This document shows positions 55,355 to 64,000 of a stretch of 64,000 bases of DNA, one piece after another. A program made the position numbers and the translations under genes. Under the pieces are notes generated by a model. That model did not search any database and had not been told where the DNA came from. It saw only the letters and a program-made list of their open reading frames with translations. The stretch spans positions 13,049-77,048 of IMG/VR virus record IMGVR_UViG_3300044911_000835; one strand, 5' to 3'. How positions within the stretch are numbered: the stretch's first letter is position 1; each line of letters begins with the position of its first letter. Source of the DNA: a virus.

Positions 55355-58300
55355 TTAAATATAGTTACGATCTTGGATGAGGGAAACAGGAATAGTCGAA
55401 CTGGTCAGCCCTAGCGTCAGATTGCGAATGAATTGCACCTGATACCCCGGCTTAATGAATCCCACATCAATCGTGGGCGTGCCTGCGTAGGCATAGGCGT
55501 AGGAAGTCCCTACGTTCTGATCAACCTGATCAATGATGGTGTTTGTGCCAGCGGTCAGAATCACAATGTCACAACCAGACGGCAAGCCAGTGAATGTCAC
55601 CGTGGTCATGTCATCAGGATAAGTAGCGGTCTGATCTACCGTGGTCCAGAGGTACAGACCTTGGATGTAACTGTTAAAGCTGGGGCCGATAATAAAAGAG
55701 GTATTGACGTTTGCGGCGTTAGCCCTAGCCTGACTATCAGAATCTCTAACAATATATAGTCCTGTGAAATTACCAGTAACTTGATCAACTATGCAAAGCC
55801 CTGTCGTTCCAAAGTCAAAAACATCAACTATTCTTGCCGTACCACCATCACCAGTAATGCGAACCGTTTCACCTATTACGAAATTATTGGACTGAGAAAC
55901 ATAACGGAAGAATGCTCTTGCGGTTAAACGCACCTTGAGATTAAAGCCCTCGGTAGCAGATACAGATAACGCAGCCAGATTAGCGGGTATAGCCTCAATC
56001 CAGCTTCCATAACCTGAGCCAGTATCAATCTGAACCTCGATCAGCAGAGCTTGGGGAACGTCTGCAAAGGAAGTGGAATATTCCAGATCGTTAGTTAAGA
56101 CCTTGGGCAGAATTGACCTAAAGCCACTTACACCGTAAATCTTGTGCGGCCAAGTGTAGGTTGCTGTGTCGCCCGCTTGTTGCAGATACAGTCTGCCAGT
56201 ATTCGAGAAGACAGCTAGACCAGTGAGTTCATAAGGCTTGACGGCTTGAGTGGAGGCGGTAAATACCAGACCTAACGCACCCGTAGTCTGGGAGTGATAC
56301 ATCTCGGCAAAGTGAGTGTCGAACACACCTACGCCGCTTTGCGTTAAACCACCTGTAGTGCTACCAATATTCCAAAGAGGCGTAGTCGCCGCCCCATCTT
56401 CCTTAGATGCACCACCGCCTCCTACACCTTTGAAAATCATGCCGTTGTTATAGGTATATAAGGCAGCACTTCCGAATTCAGTTCTTACATTTTCCAAAAT
56501 TGTATCGCTGGCGGTATTCAACGCATAAACAACTGGATTGCTAGCCCCTCTCACCATATTGCCATCTATTTGAATATTCTTAAAACGGTTTCTGTTTGAG
56601 TCAAACTGAATATCTATATTAGCAGATGTGCCACTGAAAAACCCAGTGCCTAATTTCAGATCAATATTACGAATATAGTTATCTGAACTTGAAGCCGTTA
56701 AATTAAAGGCTGCCTGAACAGCACCACCCCATCCAGATTGTGTTACGTTTTCTAATACATTTCTATTTGAGGATGTAGTAAATACAAAGAATGGTGTTGC
56801 AACAGCGGTCCAATACAGAATGTTTTCCTTGCTTGGTACAAAGTCAGGATCAGTGCCAACGCACCATATATTCCACACCAAGTTAGAATTTCCGGTAAGG
56901 ATTATTCCTTGGTTGCGAGTTTCACCTCCACTCGTATAACCCCTAGAACCCGCATAATTCATACCAATATCCGGAGTGACTGCGGCAGCAGCAGTTTCTT
57001 GCGTAAATACAGGAGTTGAAGTGCCTGTTACAAATACACCTTCATAAGCAATAACGTCAGCCGATCTATTCATTCGTATAACTAAATCATGGCTTGTTGC
57101 AGTAGCAACAAAAGTGACGTGCTTTACTTCTAACGTATCTGTCAGCGTGAAATCAGTAAATGCTGTACCAAAGGTAATCCTACCAGCCACCGTTGGGTAA
57201 AGGGTATTCGTTGCCTTGCGTGGAACTGCCTGCATCAGTATAGATGCAGTGTAGGTAGTCGCTATTGTTAGACCAGTAACGGAGAGTGTTGCCGTTCCAT
57301 TACCTGCCTCTGCCGTTGCAAGCAGTTGTCTGATTGACGTACCTTTATTTCCATCCATACCAGAGCCAGCCCATGCTGCTGTAGACCCCGCTGTGATATT
57401 GGACTTAACCCATGTTGAACTACTAATGTCGTGGGAGTATCTGGCAAAGTTTGTATATGGAAGCGATGCTTTAGGCGTGGCTCTTAATGCAGGTGTATCT
57501 ACATAAACACCGGCAGAGGCATATTTACGCAACACATAGTAATAAGTGGTTCCATTGACTGCCGTATTGTCTGCCGCAGTAACAATAGTTACCGTACTTG
57601 TCGTAAATACCCGAGTGCCAGCATCTCTTACAGGAACCGCAGGATCAGTAGACCGATAGACCTCATAAGCTGGAGATGTGTGTGTTGGATCAAGTCTAGT
57701 CCAGCCTATAGAAACCGTATTGTTTCCCGGCGTTATCCATACTTGAGGAACACCATCTGTAGGCATGAGGTGCGGAACAGCAGAATGCTCCCTCCAATCA
57801 CCAAAGAAGCCGGTGTAGCCCATATTGGCATACTCTTGCCAGAATGGCTTAATATAGTACCGCGTATTTTCAGCTAACGGATTACCTGTTACCGGATCAT
57901 ATTGTGCCGACAGAGTGTACCTAGTGTAATCGTAAGAAACACCTTCTGAATACACACTCATTCCAAACACTACGTTACTTACTTTGTTATCAGAAGAAGT
58001 GACAAAACGAATGGGTGGGCCACCATACGTTTCTACACCATCAATAATTGAGTTATTGACATAATATAGCGCAAGCATGGATTGAGCATTTCTGCCACCC
58101 TGACAAATAAGACGAGTGTCTTCTAAAGTAAGTCCATCGCAATAGTCGAAGCGCAGAATGCTGGAAGTACCACCACCAATCTGTTTAGTGGCGGCTATGT
58201 GTATTTTTTTAACTGAACCGGTAATGTAGCTAATAGCCCAAAGCGTGCCGTTGCTTCCAGCGTTGGTTGCAGTAGTATCAAGTACAGGTGTAGTTGCTCC

Positions 58301-59377
58301 CCAATGATTACGGAAGGGACGTACCGCCACACACATATCATCAATATCAATGCCGTAAACCTTACTGAGCGTTGGCGGATAACTACAACCAATACGTTTC
58401 AGTGAAAGTTTCTCTGCTCCGGTATAGTTACCCGGAGCCACATCAAATAAGCAAGTATCGGCAATCAAACTACCTGAATTAGTTAAGGCGATATAGGTTC
58501 CAGTGACTGCCCCGTTGTGAATATTCTCGCCACATACATGCGTCACCATGATGTTCGGGATTCTGATCTTGCAACCATTCGGCGGAATCGCACCGTCGAA
58601 GTCATCACCGAATACCACTTGGTTTGTATGCTGTACTTCCCAAGTGGTATAGATAGTCATCGTAACGACTGAACTGGTAGCCGTAGCCGCCACATTCATT
58701 TCAAACTGAGTGGCAGACAGCACTTTCTCAACTACCGTATTCGCAGTAATACCTGCTGAACCAGTGATATGTGCGCCTGGAGATAAGTCAGTTGTGCTGC
58801 TTACCGTAGCAATACGGCTGGCATTGGTAATGGAACAGTTGGTCAGAACGATATTGCGATGCTGTGCGGTATTAGGGGTTTGTTTAAACACCATGCCCTT
58901 GCGGCCTTTACCAAACGCAGCAAGACCAGACAACAGCCATTTAGGAACCATACCGTAAGGTTCACCAGCATTCGCCCAGGACTCATAGACGCCAGAACTA
59001 GGTGCAGTCTCTACCCACAACGCAGCCACGTAATCACGGTAAGGCACGGTGAAAGTCTGGCCTGCTGTACCGTTACTCGTACCTATTTCAATCCAGTTAC
59101 CTGCAATCTCCACAGAACCCAATCCAGAGGCAGGTGTGATGTTGCCTGCTGCGGTTCCTGATACCCGCCCCATGATGAAACGAATGGCATCAGTCGTACT
59201 GGTATTCTCAATGCGCAGCTTGCCGTTGTTGATGGTGATGCTATTCCAGAACCTAGCTTGATCCGTGTTGACCGTAACCACTGCGCCATTATTGATGGTC
59301 AGAGAGTCATTGGAACGCCATGCACCCGATGCAATCGCATCAGCATTCACGTTGGCTGTAACTGTCTGGACAGCCAT
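55355..59377 (-). CDS. large fibre/spike protein (beta-helix-like and FN3-like regions)
   Basis: 1340 aa; YEVYRST..D....GTTYYY FN3-like motif; Asn-ladder-like segments. Confidence 0.6.
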   Translation of the reverse strand: MAVQTVTANVNADAIASGAWRSNDSLTINNGAVVTVNTDQARFWNSITINNGKLRIENTSTTDAIRFIMGRVSGTAAGNITPASGLGSVEIAGNWIEIGTSNGTAGQTFTVPYRDYVAALWVETAPSSGVYESWANAGEPYGMVPKWLLSGLAAFGKGRKGMVFKQTPNTAQHRNIVLTNCSITNASRIATVSSTTDLSPGAHITGSAGITANTVVEKVLSATQFEMNVAATATSSVVTMTIYTTWEVQHTNQVVFGDDFDGAIPPNGCKIRIPNIMVTHVCGENIHNGAVTGTYIALTNSGSLIADTCLFDVAPGNYTGAEKLSLKRIGCSYPPTLSKVYGIDIDDMCVAVRPFRNHWGATTPVLDTTATNAGSNGTLWAISYITGSVKKIHIAATKQIGGGTSSILRFDYCDGLTLEDTRLICQGGRNAQSMLALYYVNNSIIDGVETYGGPPIRFVTSSDNKVSNVVFGMSVYSEGVSYDYTRYTLSAQYDPVTGNPLAENTRYYIKPFWQEYANMGYTGFFGDWREHSAVPHLMPTDGVPQVWITPGNNTVSIGWTRLDPTHTSPAYEVYRSTDPAVPVRDAGTRVFTTSTVTIVTAADNTAVNGTTYYYVLRKYASAGVYVDTPALRATPKASLPYTNFARYSHDISSSTWVKSNITAGSTAAWAGSGMDGNKGTSIRQLLATAEAGNGTATLSVTGLTIATTYTASILMQAVPRKATNTLYPTVAGRITFGTAFTDFTLTDTLEVKHVTFVATATSHDLVIRMNRSADVIAYEGVFVTGTSTPVFTQETAAAAVTPDIGMNYAGSRGYTSGGETRNQGIILTGNSNLVWNIWCVGTDPDFVPSKENILYWTAVATPFFVFTTSSNRNVLENVTQSGWGGAVQAAFNLTASSSDNYIRNIDLKLGTGFFSGTSANIDIQFDSNRNRFKNIQIDGNMVRGASNPVVYALNTASDTILENVRTEFGSAALYTYNNGMIFKGVGGGGASKEDGAATTPLWNIGSTTGGLTQSGVGVFDTHFAEMYHSQTTGALGLVFTASTQAVKPYELTGLAVFSNTGRLYLQQAGDTATYTWPHKIYGVSGFRSILPKVLTNDLEYSTSFADVPQALLIEVQIDTGSGYGSWIEAIPANLAALSVSATEGFNLKVRLTARAFFRYVSQSNNFVIGETVRITGDGGTARIVDVFDFGTTGLCIVDQVTGNFTGLYIVRDSDSQARANAANVNTSFIIGPSFNSYIQGLYLWTTVDQTATYPDDMTTVTFTGLPSGCDIVILTAGTNTIIDQVDQNVGTSYAYAYAGTPTIDVGFIKPGYQVQFIRNLTLGLTSSTIPVSLIQDRNYI

Positions 59378-59865
59378 TAGCGAGCCTTCAAGTGTTTGAT
59401 GTGCTGCATGATGGCAGCAGTCATTTCAGCTTCAGAAGGTACTCGGTCGAAGATAAATTCTTCAGTAACAACCTCGCCCTTGGTGTCATTCAGGAAATCA
59501 ACCTTGGTGTAATAGTTACTGCCACGCATTTCAGCGCCGTAGCGATTCGCTTCGGTAATCTCATCCTGAGCCAGAATGTTGACCGTGAATGAATCCAGTT
59601 CAGGGGTGTCAGGCGTCGCATGAATGGCAGCAGCTTTCTCAGCCGAGATAACACCGTAGCCTTGCAGCACAGATACCAGTGCCTGCACTTGAGGCAGACC
59701 CACATCCACACCATTCGTCCAGTCGAACTTCTGCTTCTCCAGCTTCAGCGTAGTGAGCAAAGGTTCTTGAACCCCGAATTGAGCAGGGTCCATCATGAAT
59801 GCAGTAAAGGCGCTTGCTTCATCATCTAGGAGGGTGAGCAAGTCACCTTTAGTGAGATATTTCAT
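59377..59865 (-). CDS. hypothetical protein
   Basis: TAATG coupling to the 1340-aa gene. Confidence 0.6.
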   Translation of the reverse strand: MKYLTKGDLLTLLDDEASAFTAFMMDPAQFGVQEPLLTTLKLEKQKFDWTNGVDVGLPQVQALVSVLQGYGVISAEKAAAIHATPDTPELDSFTVNILAQDEITEANRYGAEMRGSNYYTKVDFLNDTKGEVVTEEFIFDRVPSEAEMTAAIMQHIKHLKAR

Positions 59866-59867
59866 TT

Positions 59868-60647
59868 TTAAACTCCAAATAAAGTTCTATCGTCCTTAGC
59901 TATTAGTAAGAACCTATTTTCTATAGGTATTAAAACATACCTATTATCAGTACTTGTTACTATTATTCTAGCTTCTGGAATAATATTATTAATCCAAATG
60001 ATATTATTTATAAAACTACTATGAAGAATATCAGATATAATTAACTGTGCTTGTGTACCTAATTCTAAATTATCAGTAAAAGAACTTACATCTAAGTAGT
60101 CAACTAATAATACATTACTCTGGTTTAATTCTATAGTGCTATTAGTATTTGATACTAATAGATTTAGTAAACTTATAGTTATGCCTTGTGAAAGTGCAAA
60201 CTCTTCTATACTAGAATTTATATTTAGACTATCAATTAGTAAACTATGTGCTTGGTATAGTAATACTGAACTTATTGAGTTTGAAGAAGCTAAACTCTGT
60301 AGTATTAGACTATTAGCTTGAATTAAATCAGCTGTAGTGAGTAAACTACTATTAGCTAAATGATTAACTAGAAGATTTAATCCTTGGCTTAGTAGTATAT
60401 TATCAATTGTTTTTGCACTAAGCAGATTATTAACCGTTAGTACATAAGCTTGGTATAGTAATACTGAGCTTATTGAATTACCAGTAGCTAGACTTTGTAA
60501 TATTAAAGTATTAGCTTGAATTAAATCAGCTGTAGTAAGTAAATTACTATTAGCTAAATGATTAACTAGAAGATTTAATCCTTGGCTTAGTAGTATATTA
60601 TCAATTGTTTTTGCACTAAGCAGATTATTAACCGTTAGCAAGTGCAT
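59868..60647 (-). CDS. repetitive fibre-shaft protein, probably 5'-truncated
   Basis: ~22-aa periodicity, 66-aa duplication; C-terminal PEARIIV..ENR. Confidence 0.55.
   Translation of the reverse strand: MHLLTVNNLLSAKTIDNILLSQGLNLLVNHLANSNLLTTADLIQANTLILQSLATGNSISSVLLYQAYVLTVNNLLSAKTIDNILLSQGLNLLVNHLANSSLLTTADLIQANSLILQSLASSNSISSVLLYQAHSLLIDSLNINSSIEEFALSQGITISLLNLLVSNTNSTIELNQSNVLLVDYLDVSSFTDNLELGTQAQLIISDILHSSFINNIIWINNIIPEARIIVTSTDNRYVLIPIENRFLLIAKDDRTLFGV
60243..60638. repeat. 198-bp tandem duplication
   Basis: tagctaaatgattaactagaag at 60353 and 60551. Confidence 0.85.
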
Positions 60648-60711
60648 TGAGTTCTGTGGTCAGCGCAGTTTCTGCACTGGCCTTGTAACCGGATAGAGTG
60701 AATTCAGCCAT
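60628..60711 (-). pseudogene. 27-aa truncated gene fragment
   Basis: MAEFTLSGYKASAETALTTELNALANG*; GAGGGG SD; stops at the GC/AT junction. Confidence 0.5.
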
Positions 60712-60714
60712 GAT

Positions 60715-61158
60715 TTAACCCCTCAATGCTTTGGCAACAGCCATGTGATCGACGTTACCAAGTCCGGCCTGTTCCACTCGGCTGATTAGCGTATCAGCCA
60801 AAGACAGAATCGTCATCTTGTGAACTTCCGTGAAGTCAGGAATCAGTTCTTCAGCCACCAGACCATCAAGCACTTGCGTGAACTTGCCCAGGATCATCGG
60901 GTTGGAAAGGTCGAAGATCGGGAAGACTTCCAACGCACGTTTCGCAGCAACACAAGCCGGCTGCGAGCTGGCTTCGATGGCGATCAGCAAATCAACCAAC
61001 ATCAGGTATTGCCGAATGTCATGCGACAACACCTTACCCTTTGCTGGAATGTCTGCACGGTTGAGAATGGCCGCAATCACGCCGTCAGTGCCTGCGGCGA
61101 TGTGAGGTGCGAGTTCTGCGGCCAGCGGGCCGGATGTTAGTTCTTCTAACAAAGACAT
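60715..61158 (-). CDS. hypothetical virion-associated protein
   Basis: GC-richer codons; L.EEL..GPLA..LAP N-terminus. Confidence 0.6.
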   Translation of the reverse strand: MSLLEELTSGPLAAELAPHIAAGTDGVIAAILNRADIPAKGKVLSHDIRQYLMLVDLLIAIEASSQPACVAAKRALEVFPIFDLSNPMILGKFTQVLDGLVAEELIPDFTEVHKMTILSLADTLISRVEQAGLGNVDHMAVAKALRG

Positions 61159-61161
61159 AAA

Positions 61162-61530
61162 TTAAGTAGGATCACTAGTTTCACACTTGAAGGTAGGAAT
61201 TGTTACAGTACCACCAGATGTAAGAGCCTGAGAAGTACAAGTAGTAACTAGCAGTACATTAGTACCATCACAGATTGCTACGTGTGTAGCAGTTCCACTA
61301 GCATCAATAGGTACTGCTGCTTTTTGAGCCACAGTAACTTTACGACCATTTGTATCACCATTAGCCTTTGTGAAGTCACCACCTGCCATTACTACATCTG
61401 CTAAAGCATAAGTTGTAACTGCCTCTGTACGTGTAGTTGGTTGTGCGGAACATACTGTCATAATAGTACCAGTAGCAATTTTGTCTAGAAGTCCGTCTAG
61501 TACTGCGGTTGGGTGTAGATATTTAGCCAT
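61162..61530 (-). CDS. putative fibre base / structural protein
   Basis: VLDGLLD..CSAQPTT..A; SGTATHVA; GGTVTIP. Confidence 0.6.
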   Translation of the reverse strand: MAKYLHPTAVLDGLLDKIATGTIMTVCSAQPTTRTEAVTTYALADVVMAGGDFTKANGDTNGRKVTVAQKAAVPIDASGTATHVAICDGTNVLLVTTCTSQALTSGGTVTIPTFKCETSDPT

Positions 61531-61747
61531 TAGCTGATTCTCCTAAAACTGTTATAGACATATCGGTTGGATTAATTGTACTATCTGTTACAACTCTATC
61601 GGATTGGCCGATTTGACCTGAAAGGTCCTTCGCCCAGCCGTTTTGGCACCAAGTTAATCCAACTTCATCAGTAACTGTTAGTCTATCTCCAGCTTCTGCA
61701 TAAAATCCATGGCTACTTAGTTTAGTTTCTAAAATTTCTACTTTCAT
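61523..61747 (-). CDS. hypothetical protein
   Basis: coupled ORF; GDRLTV.DE.G..W...GWA.D. Confidence 0.55.
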   Translation of the reverse strand: MKVEILETKLSSHGFYAEAGDRLTVTDEVGLTWCQNGWAKDLSGQIGQSDRVVTDSTINPTDMSITVLGESANG

Positions 61748-61989
61748 TTATTTTCTTCCTCATATACCATAGTTTTAGCACGAGCTAAATCTGTATAGTA
61801 TGCTAGTTTACAGTGTTCTGGTTCCCAAAAACATACAAAATTAATAACTTTTTCCAATTTCCATGATTCTTTAAATGCTCTACCACTAACAGAGTCATTG
61901 GCATTACCATTAAATAAAAATACATTTGCAAGCTGACTGAGAGCATCCATACCTCTAACAAAAATATTAGGTCTTAATATTATATTCAT
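61744..61989 (-). CDS. hypothetical protein
   Basis: ALSQL.NV..FNG..N.SVSGRA..HC; GGGG SD. Confidence 0.55.
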   Translation of the reverse strand: MNIILRPNIFVRGMDALSQLANVFLFNGNANDSVSGRAFKESWKLEKVINFVCFWEPEHCKLAYYTDLARAKTMVYEEENK

Positions 61990-62302
61990 TAGTTCCCCCC
62001 GTAAATTGTACATCCTCTTCTACAATCTCTCCATTAAAATGCCATAACCATAACCAATCTAGAAATGGTCCAAATTTTTTAGCTTTAATGTTTTCTTCTT
62101 TTGTACGAACTAGTTGTGTTACTTTACCTTCTTTGGTTTGATGTAAAAAATGTGGTACAAGATTTAATATATGGTACTTACCACAGCCATGCAGCTCAGC
62201 AATTAAACTCTTACGCATTTTTATGTAACCACCATGTTTAATCCACATACTAATAGCATATGTTAAACAATTTCTTGGCTTAAAATACCAACTTTTTTTC
62301 AT
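61967..62302 (-). CDS. hypothetical protein
   Basis: NCL.YA..W...GGY..RKS..PHFL; ATGA coupling. Confidence 0.55.
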   Translation of the reverse strand: MKKSWYFKPRNCLTYAISMWIKHGGYIKMRKSLIAELHGCGKYHILNLVPHFLHQTKEGKVTQLVRTKEENIKAKKFGPFLDWLWLWHFNGEIVEEDVQFTGGTNEYNIKT

Positions 62303-62739
62303 AATGGTAAATGTATAGAAGCCCAAACACCTGCTACGAACATTAAAACAGCTACTAGTATTTTTTCTACAATACCTTCACTTATTTTTCTTTTACTAGC
62401 ATTAAGTGCTTTTTCTTCTTCTACTTTTCTTTTTGCGAACTCACAGAGTCCACCATTATTTCTTCTAGCTTTAATAAAATCTAATGATTCTGTGTGCTCT
62501 ACTTTTTTAGCTATTTGCTCATCTACCCACTTATGGTGAGCATCATGAGCATCCGAATGCCCATTAAGTACTATATGTTTAATTTTAGCTTCATCAGATA
62601 GTACCTTATCTAATTTATGTGATATATTATCCATACTTCTCATAAGTAACATTAAAACTATACGTTGCCCAGGATCTTGAATAGTAGCTAAAGCATCTAA
62701 CATATCCTTTTTTAAATCGGTGTCTTCAGTATCTACCAT
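62299..62739 (-). CDS. coiled-coil protein with C-terminal TM helix
   Basis: KILVAVLMFVAGVWAS; AAGGA SD. Confidence 0.6.
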   Translation of the reverse strand: MVDTEDTDLKKDMLDALATIQDPGQRIVLMLLMRSMDNISHKLDKVLSDEAKIKHIVLNGHSDAHDAHHKWVDEQIAKKVEHTESLDFIKARRNNGGLCEFAKRKVEEEKALNASKRKISEGIVEKILVAVLMFVAGVWASIHLPL

Positions 62740-62790
62740 AGGTATCCTTATTGCTTGTTTATTTTGCTATATACTACGCGTAATATATAG

Positions 62791-62814
62791 CAAAATGGGG
62801 GCCGAAGCCCCCAT
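62791..62814 (-). terminator. terminator after major capsid gene
   Basis: ggggg-cttcgg-ccccc followed by atttt on the minus strand. Confidence 0.8.
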
Positions 62815-62833
62815 CTATATAATTACCTAAAGA

Positions 62834-64000
62834 TTAGGCTGTCCAACGGAATACTGAAACACCGTTACCTTCAACGCTAGAGATTTGTTGGAATCCTAGA
62901 CGCTGTGAAGCAACGATTAGACGTTGTTGATTTTCTACAGAATAATCAGACTCAACACGTAGTCCTTTGTAACGACCAACTAGGAAGTTATTTTGATTAA
63001 CTAGAACAGCACCAATCTTGGTGGCAGCCTTAGCTTCAAATTCACCACTTAGTACAACTGGAACATTAGCAATAGAACCAACTTGACCAGTTAGTAGGGT
63101 AGCACGAGTACCAACCTTATCCATAGTTTGGAAAGAGGTATCGTCTAGTAGATCGTAGTAAACATCATTAGAAACAACGAAAACTAGTTCTGAAGGATTA
63201 AGACCGCGGGTACCTAGGGCACGACGCATATCAATCATCTTCTGGATAGTGGCTTTAGCTAGACCAGCACCACCAGAGATAATGTCACCACCAGCAGCGG
63301 TTGTGATAATACCTTTAATGGGGTCAGCACCAGCACCAGCACCACGTAGTAGAGCTAGATCCCATGCTTTTGCAGTTCTGCGAACAATAGCGTCACGGAT
63401 GATAGGTAGTAGAGGAATAATGCTATCGTCTTCTTCTTCAGTACCTAGGAATTCCTTGGTTGCTAGTTTATAAGCAGTTAGGTTGATTTCTTTTACAACG
63501 TGGTTCTGAGCAGTACCACTAGATGTAGCAGCCTTATAGCCAGCTTCTAGTACCCAGTTAGCATACCCTGCTTCAGGGTTGACTGGTAGACGCATAACGG
63601 GGTTATTCATGCTAATATTCTTATTGAAGATAGGATCAACAATTAGAGCACGACGAATTTCGTCTTGCATATTAGTAGAAACTTCAAGTTCCCAAGTTGC
63701 ACTAGGAATATGAGCACCGAACTTTTGTACTAGGTCACGGAAAATGGAGGTTTCGGTGATACCTTTATTAGTAGCCTTAGCCATAAGTACAGCAGCTTCT
63801 TTTTCAGCATAGCTGATTTTGTCACCAGTTGCTTTTTCATCAAATTGCATCTTGCTCTTTTGTAGAGCTTCGATTTCGCTTGCCTTCTCTGCTAGGGCAG
63901 CGCGTAGGTCTTCAACAGCTTTTAGGTTAGTTGCACCAGCAGCTTCTGCATCTTTAATGCGTTTTTCTGCATCAGCTAGTAGCTTCTCAGCACCTGACTG
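62834..64000 (-). CDS. major capsid protein (HK97 fold, T5 pb8-like), 5' end beyond window
   Basis: frame open to 64000; coiled-coil delta domain; YKLA.K....EEEDD.I..LLP; ALLRG. Confidence 0.9.
   Translation of the reverse strand, partial: QSGAEKLLADAEKRIKDAEAAGATNLKAVEDLRAALAEKASEIEALQKSKMQFDEKATGDKISYAEKEAAVLMAKATNKGITETSIFRDLVQKFGAHIPSATWELEVSTNMQDEIRRALIVDPIFNKNISMNNPVMRLPVNPEAGYANWVLEAGYKAATSSGTAQNHVVKEINLTAYKLATKEFLGTEEEDDSIIPLLPIIRDAIVRRTAKAWDLALLRGAGAGADPIKGIITTAAGGDIISGGAGLAKATIQKMIDMRRALGTRGLNPSELVFVVSNDVYYDLLDDTSFQTMDKVGTRATLLTGQVGSIANVPVVLSGEFEAKAATKIGAVLVNQNNFLVGRYKGLRVESDYSVENQQRLIVASQRLGFQQISSVEGNGVSVFRWTA

Noticed and set aside
62762-62795. AT-rich palindrome after the capsid terminator as a promoter
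   Set aside because: No properly spaced -10 element; function unsupported.
627-63473. Antisense and nested ORFs in the track (e.g. 627-911, 4243-4437, 42909-43442, 45789-46400, 60820-61140)
   Set aside because: They overlap tRNAs or well-supported genes and lack SD or motifs.

Overview
This window is about half of a T5-like (Demerecviridae-type) lytic siphophage genome, AT-rich, with a probable proteobacterial host. Plus strand 1-27.9 kb: (i) an RNA-rich island at 1-6.1 kb holding the tag-coding piece of a probably permuted tmRNA (ANDEVYAIAA*), 7 tRNAs, a ~1 kb ORF-free stretch of highly structured RNA, several small stem-closed RNAs, and two unrelated HNH endonucleases sharing one covarying RNA leader that can pair with their ribosome-binding sites; (ii) accessory genes; (iii) the T5 replication block (D3, PC4, split NAD ligase, D5, helicase, primase, PolA, D10-D15, dUTPase) plus a class II ribonucleotide reductase. 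Minus strand 64.0-27.9 kb is the late operon: major capsid (truncated by the window edge), a ~10 kb inserted fibre/appendage cassette, T5-type neck and tail-tube genes, frameshifted tail chaperones, a tape measure protein, a lambda-like M-L-K-I-J tail tip with extra fibre modules, and a holin/spanin/M15 endolysin cassette ending at a bidirectional terminator. The best candidates for undescribed biology are the non-coding RNAs, especially the HNH leader motif and the ~600 nt RNA. All calls come from visual motif recognition; no searches or folding programs were run.
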